Shown here: piece after piece, positions 27,396 through 36,833 of the stretch
How positions within the stretch are numbered: the stretch's first letter is position 1
Layout of the letters: every line of letters begins with the position of its first letter
From: Methanomassiliicoccaceae archaeon
GTDB lineage: Archaea; Thermoplasmatota; Thermoplasmata; Methanomassiliicoccales; UBA472
Reading direction: 5' to 3'
Assembly (NCBI GenBank): GCA_963827135.1
Contig: CAWGZX010000005.1
Span: 392,176 to 456,175 of the forward strand
Length of the DNA: 64,000 nt
Position numbers and translations under genes: made by a program
The notes under the pieces: model-generated
What the model was told of the DNA's origin: nothing
What the model saw: only the letters and a program-made list of their open reading frames with translations
Database searches by the model: none

Positions 27396-28494
27396 CTACT
27401 TTGAAAATTTTCCTGTCGGTGTATCTATCACAGATACGCACGAATCCTCGACAGCAATGTTCAATGGATCCAGAATATCCTTTAGTGGTTTGTCCAGGTA
27501 GGACCAGGGAAATTTACCATCATGAATCTTTACGATATCGCAAGCGTCCTGCCTTGACAAACGCCCTCTGCGAACGTGTAGGCACGCAAGGTCGGTTGCC
27601 CGCCCGAATCCGAACTTGAGGAACTTAAAGTAGTCATGTATGCCAGTTTGGGAGTTATCGAGATTCTCATAATTGACGCAAGATCCTTCGATGACCTTAT
27701 GGAATGTAGTAAAGCCATGTGCCTGGGAGATCAAGGAATTAGTATAGCCATCCCAAGGCAAATAGTATCCAAGGAATAACCCGGTGACTCACCTTCTTCA
27801 AATCCTCGTCTGATGGATAGATGAATGGTATCAGATGCCTTTCTTCAATTCCTTCCAAGCCTGGCAAATGAGAGACACGGAGCCCTAGGAGGCCTCCATA
27901 TTCTTCAAGCCATCGTCGGTTCAAAATATTGTTCTCACTGGCTGTTGCGGGTCCGCCATATTCATTTTGGGAATTCTCACCCCAAATTATTAGGGGCACA
28001 TTATACTCGACGGCCACCCTAATGGGGATAGTGAAAATACTAACGTGTTCGGGCCAGGAGATATCTCCGACTTCCATTAATCCAATCCTATTAAGCTTCC
28101 TTCGTATAACTCGATTCGTCGTAAATTCGATATAGTCGACCCCAAGGTTCTTGATGTTCTCGATGTTCTTGCGCCCAATATCAGAGAGGTCGCGAGTTGT
28201 CGCTGTAACGCACAAAGGATTCATCCCCATCTTCAACACCTTGAGGACTTGGAATGTGCTGTCTTTGCCTCCACTTACAGGAACAATACAATCCCATGTC
28301 TTCCCATCCTTACTTCTGTATTTTTCCAATATCCCTACTAATTGCTGATTGCGAGCATTCCAATCGACAACTTTTCTTTTTTCATAACTCCGACAGGCAC
28401 TGCATATTCCATGCTCATCCAAATGCAAATCAGGTTTCGTGTCCGGCATTACGCAGCGTTTGCAGTACCTCAATAATTCATCCTCCTTGTTCAA
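27396..28494 (-). pseudogene. N-acetyl-sugar amidotransferase (PP-loop, WbpG/PseA/WbuX family), split by a frameshift as assembled
   Basis: N-part (27739-28494) has CxxC...CxxC and the PP-loop VPVSGGKDS. The C-part continues in another frame from ~27788 (TGLFLGYYLPWDGYTNS...). Both frames are open over 27742-27788. The intact paralogue at 36834-37973 is 379 aa. Confidence 0.8.
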
Positions 28495-29139
28495 TCAATC
28501 ATCTTTCCTCGTTCCATCCTTTTCCATAAGGAACCAAGTTATATCGTCCTGTGGGAAACATGGATCGTGATGGTAGACAAATCCATAATCGATCAACTTC
28601 AAATCTGGGAACTTCTCCATCATCTCTCCGGAGAAATCGCGTTTGAACAGCTTTCCTTCGTATCCTCTGTATGTTACCTCAAGAGGAGTTGGATTATAAT
28701 ATTCACATATGCAGATGTATTTATTACTTGCATTGTATAATATTTCATATGCCTTATTAAGAAGAGATGGATTGATGTGGATTAGGACCCCTTTTGAAAA
28801 TGTGAAGTCCCTTTTCTGGTCGATTGTAAATTCAAAAATTGATTGACAATAAACTTGTACGAAACCCAATTCCTCTAGAGATTTGCATGCTTTTTTATTA
28901 ATTTCAACGGCAGAAAGATCCACTCTTGGCATTAGCTTATTAATTGCGATCAGATTCAATCCAATATTAGCTCCGAACTCTATAATTGAATTAACATTTC
29001 TGGTCCTTGTCATTATTCGTGAAAATAATGCGATGTTGCTAGCGATGATGCCTTCTTCCTTGTTCCTTAGCGAATAGTCGTCGCCAAACGACCCTGCCCA
29101 GAAGGCTTCCTGCGGGGATCGATTCTTCACATGCGCCAA
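28495..29139 (-). CDS. pseudaminic-acid-biosynthesis-associated methylase family protein
   Basis: FWAGSFGDDYSLRN ... IIEFGANIGLNL ... GVLIHINP ... ICICEYYNP matches my memory of the Pse_Me-ase family (~200 aa). The start is uncertain (TTG 29139, GTG 29130 or the longer ORF to 29301). The minus strand reads CTTTATACAC about 45 nt upstream of the short starts. Confidence 0.65.
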   Translation of the reverse strand: MAHVKNRSPQEAFWAGSFGDDYSLRNKEEGIIASNIALFSRIMTRTRNVNSIIEFGANIGLNLIAINKLMPRVDLSAVEINKKACKSLEELGFVQVYCQSIFEFTIDQKRDFTFSKGVLIHINPSLLNKAYEILYNASNKYICICEYYNPTPLEVTYRGYEGKLFKRDFSGEMMEKFPDLKLIDYGFVYHHDPCFPQDDITWFLMEKDGTRKDD

Positions 29140-29375
29140 TCTATGATTAGATGTAAATAGTTTGCTTTGGGAATGTGTATAAAGAACAATCTGGCAATGA
29201 TTCGATGATGATGTACGGGTGTGGTTATTGGGCGCTCCTTCAGTGATGTTCCCCCTCGTAAAATGTGAATATCCATCGAAGTATAACGTCATTAATTTCA
29301 ATGCTCAGGCCTTTTTACATTGTGCCCAATCTATTAATGAACATCACTGTTGTTTAGTATAGCGGTGCAGCGACA

Positions 29376-30878
29376 TTGAATTGGCGAACTCAAGAGAAAG
29401 TTATCCTTAGGGTGGATTCGAGTTCAACAATAGGGACCGGCCACTTCATTAGATCGCTGGCTCTAGCTCAGCGTTTTTCTTTTTATGGCTACGACCCGGT
29501 TTTTGTCTCATCGTGTTTATTAAGTGACCATCAGAAACTGCTGGAAGATGTCGGATATGGGATGGAGCTTGTCCAGGTAGATATTGGAGAAAAGGATGAT
29601 GCCAATACAACCAAAATGCTTGCTAAGAATCTGAATGCCTCCTGGATTATTCTTGATGGATATTCATTTTCAGAAGAGTATCAGAAATCTCTGAGGGGCT
29701 GTAGTCCCAAGGTCGCCATTATCGATGATTACTATTCTGCTACTGGCTACCCTGTTGACGCAATCATCAATTACAATCTGTATGCAGAAGATAGCCCATA
29801 CCAAAAACAAGGTTCTCAGGCCCTTTGCTTGATTGGCCCTAGATATTCAATTCTCCGCTCAAGATTTCTAGATTTTCGCAGAAAAAAACCGCTTAATGAC
29901 ACAGTACGCAATGTTCTTGTGACACTTGGTGGAACAGATACGCAGGGAAGAACTGCCTGGGTCATAGAGGGGATTGAGCAATCCGGTCTCGAATATGAAG
30001 AATTGATTGTGATTAATGGAAAGGGTAGTGCGAATGAGCTCATCATTAATGAGAAGGAAGGGCTCAATCATGGAATCAAGATTATTCGAGGCACGAATGA
30101 AATGCCAGAACTCATGGATTGGGCAGACTTTGTCATCACGGCTGGAGGCACAACTACCTATGAGCTGTTATACATGGCAAAACCATTCATTACGATATTG
30201 GCTGCAGAGAATCAAAGAATGAATGCGATTGAACTTGAAAAACGAGGCATTAGTCGTCTCATCAATGGTATGGAAATAAAAGATACTTCCAAATTGAGCG
30301 CTGTCATCAAAGAAGTAAGCCAGTCTTATGAAAAACGGAGAGAAATGGTGGAAAAAGGTTCTTCATTAGTGGACGGCTTTGGGGCCAATCGAATCGTTTC
30401 CAATTTGATAGGATTAAAATTCTGGTTAAGACAGGCAATTGATGAAGATATGGAGATGGTCTGGAATTGGGCAAATGACCCAATCTCAAGGAGCTTTTCT
30501 ATCAGGACGGATCCAATACCATGGGAAGAGCACGTTAAATGGTACACTTCTAAATTGTCAGAACAAGAGTGCCTGATGTTAATCGCCTTCACGGATGATG
30601 ACCGACCTATTGGCATTCTGAGAATCGAAGTGTTCAACGGATTTGGGAAGGTGTCTGTCAATATCGACCCTGGGCTTCGGGGTCGGGGTTATGGGCAAGA
30701 AATCATTCGTGCGGGATGTCGAATAGGAGCCCATAGGTTACCATTAGGCAAGTTTGATGCGTTTGTAAAGCTAGGGAATAGTTCCTCATTAAGAGCATTT
30801 AAGCAAGTCGGTTTCAGAGAAATTGGAATGAGTAATATTGATGGACAGGAGTGCCATCATCTAATAATGGAGAGGTAA
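29376..30878 (+). CDS. pseG: fused PseG (UDP-2,4-diacetamido-2,4,6-trideoxy-L-altropyranose hydrolase) and PseH (GNAT N-acetyltransferase)
   Basis: N-half has ILRVDSSSTIGTGHFIRSLALAQ (PseG signature). C-half (~aa 340-500) has LRQAIDEDMEMVWNWANDPISRSF...WEEHVKWY (PseH-type GNAT). The only start candidate is TTG/GTG. Confidence 0.8.
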   Translation: MNWRTQEKVILRVDSSSTIGTGHFIRSLALAQRFSFYGYDPVFVSSCLLSDHQKLLEDVGYGMELVQVDIGEKDDANTTKMLAKNLNASWIILDGYSFSEEYQKSLRGCSPKVAIIDDYYSATGYPVDAIINYNLYAEDSPYQKQGSQALCLIGPRYSILRSRFLDFRRKKPLNDTVRNVLVTLGGTDTQGRTAWVIEGIEQSGLEYEELIVINGKGSANELIINEKEGLNHGIKIIRGTNEMPELMDWADFVITAGGTTTYELLYMAKPFITILAAENQRMNAIELEKRGISRLINGMEIKDTSKLSAVIKEVSQSYEKRREMVEKGSSLVDGFGANRIVSNLIGLKFWLRQAIDEDMEMVWNWANDPISRSFSIRTDPIPWEEHVKWYTSKLSEQECLMLIAFTDDDRPIGILRIEVFNGFGKVSVNIDPGLRGRGYGQEIIRAGCRIGAHRLPLGKFDAFVKLGNSSSLRAFKQVGFREIGMSNIDGQECHHLIMER

Positions 30879-30882
30879 GGCC

Positions 30883-31935
30883 TTGGGCTCTGGATTCTTT
30901 ATCAATAACCGTGCTGTAGGTGGGGGGGCGCCGACGTATATTGTGGCCGAAATGTCGGCAAACCATAACAGGGATTTGGACCTTGCACTGGAGCTTACGC
31001 GAGAGGCAAAGAAAGCCGGAGCTGATGCGATAAAAACGCAAACATATCTACCAGAATCAATTACGATTCCACAGGCGGATAAAGGGGATGCATGCAAAGG
31101 GACGATTTGGGCAGGTCAGGATCTTTATGACCTTTATTGTAAGACATATATGCCGATGGAATGGCAACTGGAAATTAAACAAGAGGCGAATAAGCTGGGA
31201 ATAGATTTCTTCTCCACCGCATTCTCTATAGATGATGTTCTATTCCTTGAGGAACTAGGCGTACCCGTTCACAAGTTGGCTTCCTTTGAGTTAACCGACG
31301 TACCACTTATTCAGACAATGGGCAGAACTGGAAAACCTCTCATTATCTCAACCGGCATGGCAACGATGGATGAGATAGAAGAAGCCATACAGGCTGCCAA
31401 GAGTGTTGGACAAGAACAGATTGCGCTGTTAAAATGCACAAGTGCGTATCCTGCCCCAATCGAGGAAATGAACCTTAGAATGATACCCTATCTTTCTTCA
31501 AGATTCGGTCTACCAGTTGGTATTTCTGATCATTCAAAAGGCATCACTGTTTCTATTGCCGCTGTCGCCATTGGCGCATGCATCGTTGAAAGGCATTTCA
31601 CAGTATTCCGAGATCTGGGTGGGCCAGATTCCGAATTTTCGCTCGAGCCCGAGGAAATGAAGGAGATGGTTGTCACAATACGCAGAGTTGAGCGTGCTTT
31701 AGGTGGGATAGAGACAGAAATTGGTGAAAAGGAGAAGAAGAGTAGGTCACTAAGAAGGTCGCTTTACGTCATCCAGGATATTAGAGAGGGAGAGATCTTC
31801 ACGGAGCAGAATGTCCGTTCGATACGTCCTGCGGGAGGTTTGCATCCTCGCCATTTGAAGGATGTCTTAGGAAAAAAGGCTAAGGCCGACATAAGCCAGG
31901 GGGCTCCGTTGAAATGGGAAATGATCGATGGGTAG
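30883..31935 (+). CDS. pseI: pseudaminic acid synthase (NeuB family with SAF domain)
   Basis: APTYIVAEMSANHN..., a TIM-barrel NeuB core and a C-terminal SAF. TTG start is preceded by GGAGAGG. Confidence 0.85.
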   Translation: MGSGFFINNRAVGGGAPTYIVAEMSANHNRDLDLALELTREAKKAGADAIKTQTYLPESITIPQADKGDACKGTIWAGQDLYDLYCKTYMPMEWQLEIKQEANKLGIDFFSTAFSIDDVLFLEELGVPVHKLASFELTDVPLIQTMGRTGKPLIISTGMATMDEIEEAIQAAKSVGQEQIALLKCTSAYPAPIEEMNLRMIPYLSSRFGLPVGISDHSKGITVSIAAVAIGACIVERHFTVFRDLGGPDSEFSLEPEEMKEMVVTIRRVERALGGIETEIGEKEKKSRSLRRSLYVIQDIREGEIFTEQNVRSIRPAGGLHPRHLKDVLGKKAKADISQGAPLKWEMIDG

Positions 31936-31974
31936 ATATGGTTCACGTCCAGCTGATTTTGGATGGCGTCATAA

Positions 31975-32724
31975 ATGAAAGTATCATCGAAGAATAATGT
32001 AGTGGCTATAGTCCAAGCTAGAATGGGGAGCACCCGGTTACCTGGTAAAGCATTATTGGAAATTGCAGGGGTGCCAATGCTATTCAGAGTTCTGAACAGA
32101 TTGGCTCACTCTGAATTGATAGACAAAATCGTGGTGGCCACAACACAATCGGTAATGGATGAAGCGCTTGTCAAAGCATGCGATGAGAGGGGAGTTGAAT
32201 CCTTCAAAGGAAGTGAGAATGATGTTTTAGACCGCTATTACGAGGCTGCACGAAGATTCGATGCGGATGTGGTTGTGAGAATCACCTCTGATTGCCCTCT
32301 GATTGATCCTTCGATTGTTGACCATGTAATTAACAAGTACATGCAGAATCGAGAAACGGTGGATTATGTGAGCAATGTAATTGAGCCAAGGACGTTTCCT
32401 CGAGGTCTTGATGTTGAGGTGTTCAGTTACCTCGCGCTTGCCAGAGCCTGGGAGGAGGACAAGAATCCTCGGCTTCGAGAGCATGTGACCCAATACTTCC
32501 TTCGAAACCCTGATAAATTCAGATTAATGGGATTATTCAATGATATTGACCTGTCTTATATGAGATGGACAGTAGATACGTCTGAGGACTTGGATTTCGT
32601 AAAAGCTGTCTATGACCAATTCCCAGATGATCGTTTCACTTGGGTAGAGCTAATTTCTCTCTTCAATGCGAAACCCGAATTATTGACCATAAATCAGCAT
32701 GTAAAGCAGAAGTGCATTTACTGA
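31975..32724 (+). CDS. pseF: cytidylyltransferase (SpsF/FlmC type), probable CMP-pseudaminic acid synthetase
   Basis: VVAIVQARMGSTRLPGKALLEIAG N-terminus, located inside the pse cluster. Confidence 0.7.
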   Translation: MKVSSKNNVVAIVQARMGSTRLPGKALLEIAGVPMLFRVLNRLAHSELIDKIVVATTQSVMDEALVKACDERGVESFKGSENDVLDRYYEAARRFDADVVVRITSDCPLIDPSIVDHVINKYMQNRETVDYVSNVIEPRTFPRGLDVEVFSYLALARAWEEDKNPRLREHVTQYFLRNPDKFRLMGLFNDIDLSYMRWTVDTSEDLDFVKAVYDQFPDDRFTWVELISLFNAKPELLTINQHVKQKCIY

Positions 32725-32758
32725 GACGTTTTCTCATGCATCCAGAGATGATTGAAAA

Positions 32759-33895
32759 TCATTGCACTGTTTTTTCCACAATAGATATGACACTTGAGAT
32801 CTCCGCCTCAGTCATCGCTCCAAATATTGGCAGACTGATAATATGCTCATACGCTTCTTCAGCAACGGGGCACATTCCAGGTCCAGTATGGTAGTTCTTT
32901 ATGTAGAAAGGATGAAAGTGGACGGGAATATAATGCACGTTCACACCAAGTCCTTTTTCTCGAAGTTCAGAGAAGACTTGGTTCCTTTTCTTTAGACCAT
33001 TGGCGATTCTCACAACATAAAGGTGGTAGGCATGATTAACAAATACTTCTTTGTCTAAAGGTCTGATGCCGTTAATGGCTTCAAACGCAGCATCATACCT
33101 TCTGGCGATATCTCTCCTAATGTTCAACCATCCTGGCAATTTATGAAGCTGGCTCCTTCCAAGTGCACATTGGATATCAGTTAAACGGTAGTTGTAACCA
33201 AGCTCTTTGATTTCGTAGAACCAAGTCTGCTCTCTTGTTCTGGTTTGCGCATCCTTATCAATTCCATGGTTTCGGAATCTGCGAATTCGTTCCGCTTGTT
33301 GGGAAGAGTCAGTGAGGACCATTCCGCCTTCTCCAGTAGTAATGTGCTTAACTGGATGAAAACTGAGAATCGTCATATCAGCCAGGCTGCCGACGGTCCT
33401 GCCTTTATAGGATGCACCCAATGAATGGCAAGAATCAGCAATGAGTTGTAGATTATTATTAGAGGCCACCTCACGCAATGCGTCATAATCACATGGATGT
33501 CCTGCGTAATCAACGCAGGCAATAGCCTTTGTTTTTGGTGTGATTCTGTTTTCTACGCTTAGAGGGTCGCTAAGAAGGTTTTTAGAACAAACATCGGAAA
33601 AAACCGGTCTTCCTCCTACGTAGACTACGGCATTGGCTGTGGCTGCAAACGTCATTGCTGGAACGATTACTTCGTCTCCTGGCTTTATTCCAGCTGCATA
33701 CATGGCGCAATGGAGTCCAGCTGTACCGTTAGATACGGCCACTGCGTGCTTCGCTCCGGTAAATATGGCAACTTCTTGCTCGAAGGCTTCGACCTCTGGT
33801 CCAGTTGTAAGATAATCTGATCGGAGGACTCTTGTGACAGCTGCTATATCCTCTTCATCAATCTCATGTCTACCATACGGGATCAATTTTCGCAC
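32759..33895 (-). CDS. pseC: UDP-4-amino-4,6-dideoxy-N-acetyl-beta-L-altrosamine transaminase (DegT family)
   Basis: LIPYGRHEIDEEDIAAVTRVLRSDYLTTGPEVEAFE and SFHPVKHITTGEGG (PLP lysine). Confidence 0.85.
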   Translation of the reverse strand: MRKLIPYGRHEIDEEDIAAVTRVLRSDYLTTGPEVEAFEQEVAIFTGAKHAVAVSNGTAGLHCAMYAAGIKPGDEVIVPAMTFAATANAVVYVGGRPVFSDVCSKNLLSDPLSVENRITPKTKAIACVDYAGHPCDYDALREVASNNNLQLIADSCHSLGASYKGRTVGSLADMTILSFHPVKHITTGEGGMVLTDSSQQAERIRRFRNHGIDKDAQTRTREQTWFYEIKELGYNYRLTDIQCALGRSQLHKLPGWLNIRRDIARRYDAAFEAINGIRPLDKEVFVNHAYHLYVVRIANGLKKRNQVFSELREKGLGVNVHYIPVHFHPFYIKNYHTGPGMCPVAEEAYEHIISLPIFGAMTEAEISSVISIVEKTVQ

Positions 33896-34887
33896 CCAGA
33901 CTCAGTAATTATGTTTCTTAATTCTTCAATCGTCAGCCATTCCTTATTGGATCCACTCGAATACTTGAACCCTTCAGCCATTTTCTTGCCCGCCGACCAT
34001 GGGACATAGTTCCACATCGGGTTGTCGGGCTCAATTACATACCTGTTATCAAGTTCGATGGTATTTCGCACCTCATCCTCGGAAATGAGGACTTCATGCA
34101 ATTTTTCACCCGGTCTAATTCCGATAATATCTACTTTACAACCGGGGGCGACTGCATGAGCCAAATCCATAATGTTCATACTTGGGATTTTTGGTACGAA
34201 AATCTCTCCTCCATGCATTTTCTCCAGATTAGACACGACGAAGTTCACTCCCTGATTGAGTGTGATCCAAAATCTTGTCATTTTTTCGTCGGTGATGGTA
34301 ATCCTACCAGTCCCCCTTTGCTTTTCGAACAATGGTACGACACTACCTCTGCTTCCCACAACATTACCATATCGAACACAGCTAAACTTCGTTCCGCCAG
34401 ATCCACTATAAGCATTAGCCTGAACGAATAGCTTCTCGGCTACGAGCTTGGTTGCGCCATAGAGGTTTATCGGATTGACGGCTTTGTCTGTGCTGAGGGC
34501 GATGACCTTTTCCACCCCACAATCGATAGCGGCATCAATTACATTTTTTGCACCATTTACATTGGTCATTACTGCTTCAATTGGATTATATTCGCAAGCT
34601 GGCACCTGCTTCAACGCGGCAGCATGGACAACGTAATCCACTCCACTCATTGCACGTTCCAATCGGGCCTCATCACGGACGTCGCCGATGAAATATCTAA
34701 GAGATTCATCGTCATAACCGCTGACCCTCATTTCTTGTTGTTTTAATTCATCTCTACTGAATATAATTAATTTCTTTGGATAATACTTTTCAATCATTAT
34801 CTTAGAAAATCTTTTCCCGAAAGAGCCAGTTCCACCAGTTATGAGAATAGACTTGTCCTTCCAATTCATCGTACCTAGTAATTGCAC
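33883..34887 (-). CDS. pseB: UDP-N-acetylglucosamine 4,6-dehydratase (inverting)
   Basis: KSILITGGTGSFGKRF...IFSRDELKQ with an SDR-extended fold. Overlaps the pseC start. Confidence 0.85.
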   Translation of the reverse strand: MQLLGTMNWKDKSILITGGTGSFGKRFSKIMIEKYYPKKLIIFSRDELKQQEMRVSGYDDESLRYFIGDVRDEARLERAMSGVDYVVHAAALKQVPACEYNPIEAVMTNVNGAKNVIDAAIDCGVEKVIALSTDKAVNPINLYGATKLVAEKLFVQANAYSGSGGTKFSCVRYGNVVGSRGSVVPLFEKQRGTGRITITDEKMTRFWITLNQGVNFVVSNLEKMHGGEIFVPKIPSMNIMDLAHAVAPGCKVDIIGIRPGEKLHEVLISEDEVRNTIELDNRYVIEPDNPMWNYVPWSAGKKMAEGFKYSSGSNKEWLTIEELRNIITESGCEN

Positions 34888-34966
34888 GCTAATTAATCTA
34901 ATTTTTTAAGGGGATTGAATTAACGGAAATTGCATCCCATTGGTGATGGTTAGTGAATTCATTGCC

Positions 34967-36694
34967 CTAATTACTGATTTCCAGCAATTTGTCAATCAGA
35001 TTATACACTCGTTGCGAGGAGCCGCCATCCATTTTGTACAAGTTATCTAGAATGTACTCATCTCGATTCGCTGCCATATTGTGGTCATTAAAGGACAATG
35101 ATTTCACTATGGCCAGTTGTAAATCCGAAGCGTTATAGACCCCGATTGCCACTCCCCTTGAGACGTAATCTATTGGGTCCGGTTGTCCACTTAAATTTAG
35201 GATAATTAATGGTTTTTTTAATGCTACAGCCTCCAATCCAACTGTAGAATATCGAGTAAGCACCAAATCACTCGCCCAGATAAGGCTCAATGTATCACTT
35301 GTTTTTGGCACTAGAACTGCGTTTTCACGATTCTCAACTAACATTTCTAGAATCATTCTCCGGTGCGATTCCGTTTCTCCTGGATGTTGTTTGATTACCA
35401 GAAAAGCGTTAGAAATGCCGTTAATTGCATGCAAAATCGTTTCAAGATAGAAACGATTTTCTTCATCCGGTAATCCATTGAATGCCATAGCCATTAGAAC
35501 CATCCTTTTTCCGTGTGGAAGTGGAATCTTTTTATGGACTTCTCCTGGGTCAACTACTTTCATTATTTCAGCTATACGATCATATCTGGGTTGACCAGTC
35601 ACCTTGACGGCTCTATTGGGATAATCACTGTCCTCGAGTAAGAGCCTCCTGTGCCTCTCACCATATACTGCTGTAATGTCTGGAACGGGTGAGAATGGCG
35701 CGCCGACTAAACCATCCTTTGAGATCTCCCCCTTTCTATAAATGTAGCCTTTATGATCCTCATGAATCACTCCATGCTGGATACCTAAAGTAGGTATACG
35801 GGCGTTCCTGGCAGCAATTATTAACGCTCTCTCAAAGCGCCCATACTCTTCCTCCAAAATCACAAGATCTGGAGTAATGCCCTTTAGACAATAATGAGCT
35901 AAATCAATTCTATAGGCAGCTTCAGGCAAATCGAAATGGAAATATCTACGGAAGTGACCAAGTAGTTCCGAAATATTCCCAACCTTCTCAGATTTTATCA
36001 ACTCTTTAAAAATGGGATCGCTTTCCAATTGTTTCCATATTCTAGAAAAATGACTCCACGCTTGGATTCGCAGTATTGTTGAATTTATTGAAGAATACGT
36101 GTCAAAAGGAATATGTGGAATGCTCCATTTGTCATTTTTTTCTTTTGCAATTTCAATGGAGCGAAAGAACGAAGGAAGAGCCCATATCAACGGGGATTTC
36201 AAAGGAAATGAAGAAATGAAGAAATGATCGGGTCTGTTTTTTGCGATGTCCAGAATCGGTTTAAAGAATTGATCCGTAATCATTTCCTTGCCAGATGCCG
36301 AGTCCCCCGTTCGCCGCCATTCAATATCTTCCCCCGTTATCAATATCCTTCTCTTCGTCTTGGCATCCTTACCTATGAGGGAACGGCTTGGCCTGCTGAG
36401 TGATCGGGCGAGGATGCGAAGAATTAAATCATTTCCTAAGACAGAAACCCAAGCCAGAGATCGCAATCCCTTCTTTATCTTAAGACGGCCTCGCCTTTTT
36501 TCTTGAGTGCTCTCTTTGCCCCAGAAGTAGGTTTTAAGAATTTCATTAAAGCCCGGGTCGACGAACCACCAGAGGGTGATGCCCCTGAATTCTGTGAGCT
36601 CTAATAGGGTTTTACCATTGGAGAGTTTGCTGTTCAATAGGCGATGTTCATAATCTAATCTTGTTCTTACGACTCCCGAATCCTCTTTTCCCAT
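34967..36694 (-). CDS. orphan 575-aa GT-B-like protein (TagF/KpsS/sialyltransferase-like HP motif); candidate nonulosonic-acid transferase
   Basis: C-half has VTGQPRYD, VIKQHPGE (HP motif) and LVLTRYSTVGLEAVALKKPLIIL. The N-half has no family I recognise. Sits directly upstream of pseB on the same strand. Confidence 0.5.
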   Translation of the reverse strand: MGKEDSGVVRTRLDYEHRLLNSKLSNGKTLLELTEFRGITLWWFVDPGFNEILKTYFWGKESTQEKRRGRLKIKKGLRSLAWVSVLGNDLILRILARSLSRPSRSLIGKDAKTKRRILITGEDIEWRRTGDSASGKEMITDQFFKPILDIAKNRPDHFFISSFPLKSPLIWALPSFFRSIEIAKEKNDKWSIPHIPFDTYSSINSTILRIQAWSHFSRIWKQLESDPIFKELIKSEKVGNISELLGHFRRYFHFDLPEAAYRIDLAHYCLKGITPDLVILEEEYGRFERALIIAARNARIPTLGIQHGVIHEDHKGYIYRKGEISKDGLVGAPFSPVPDITAVYGERHRRLLLEDSDYPNRAVKVTGQPRYDRIAEIMKVVDPGEVHKKIPLPHGKRMVLMAMAFNGLPDEENRFYLETILHAINGISNAFLVIKQHPGETESHRRMILEMLVENRENAVLVPKTSDTLSLIWASDLVLTRYSTVGLEAVALKKPLIILNLSGQPDPIDYVSRGVAIGVYNASDLQLAIVKSLSFNDHNMAANRDEYILDNLYKMDGGSSQRVYNLIDKLLEISN

Positions 36695-36801
36695 TCAGGT
36701 CGGGATATTGATTGACTTATTAAGTAACTCTTCTAATGGAATCCTTTTAGCTCTATTTCCCTAAGGAATAAGTTCTCAGTCTAATTGACAGGTTGAAATC
36801 G

Positions 36802-36812
36802 ATAAATATATA
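36802..36812 (+). promoter_or_regulatory. TATA box for amidotransferase copy 2
   Basis: ATAAATATATA is centred ~27 nt upstream of ATG 36834, suggesting a leaderless transcript. Confidence 0.4.
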
Positions 36813-36833
36813 GAAGTGATTGTGTGCAAGAAA

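Noticed and set aside
29140-29301. 54-58 codon N-terminal extension of the Pse-associated methylase ORF
   Set aside because: The extension (…HTRTSSSNHCQIVLYTHSQSK…) has no counterpart in the ~200-aa family as I recall it. It also contains a TATA-like CTTTATACAC, so it is probably a promoter or leader.
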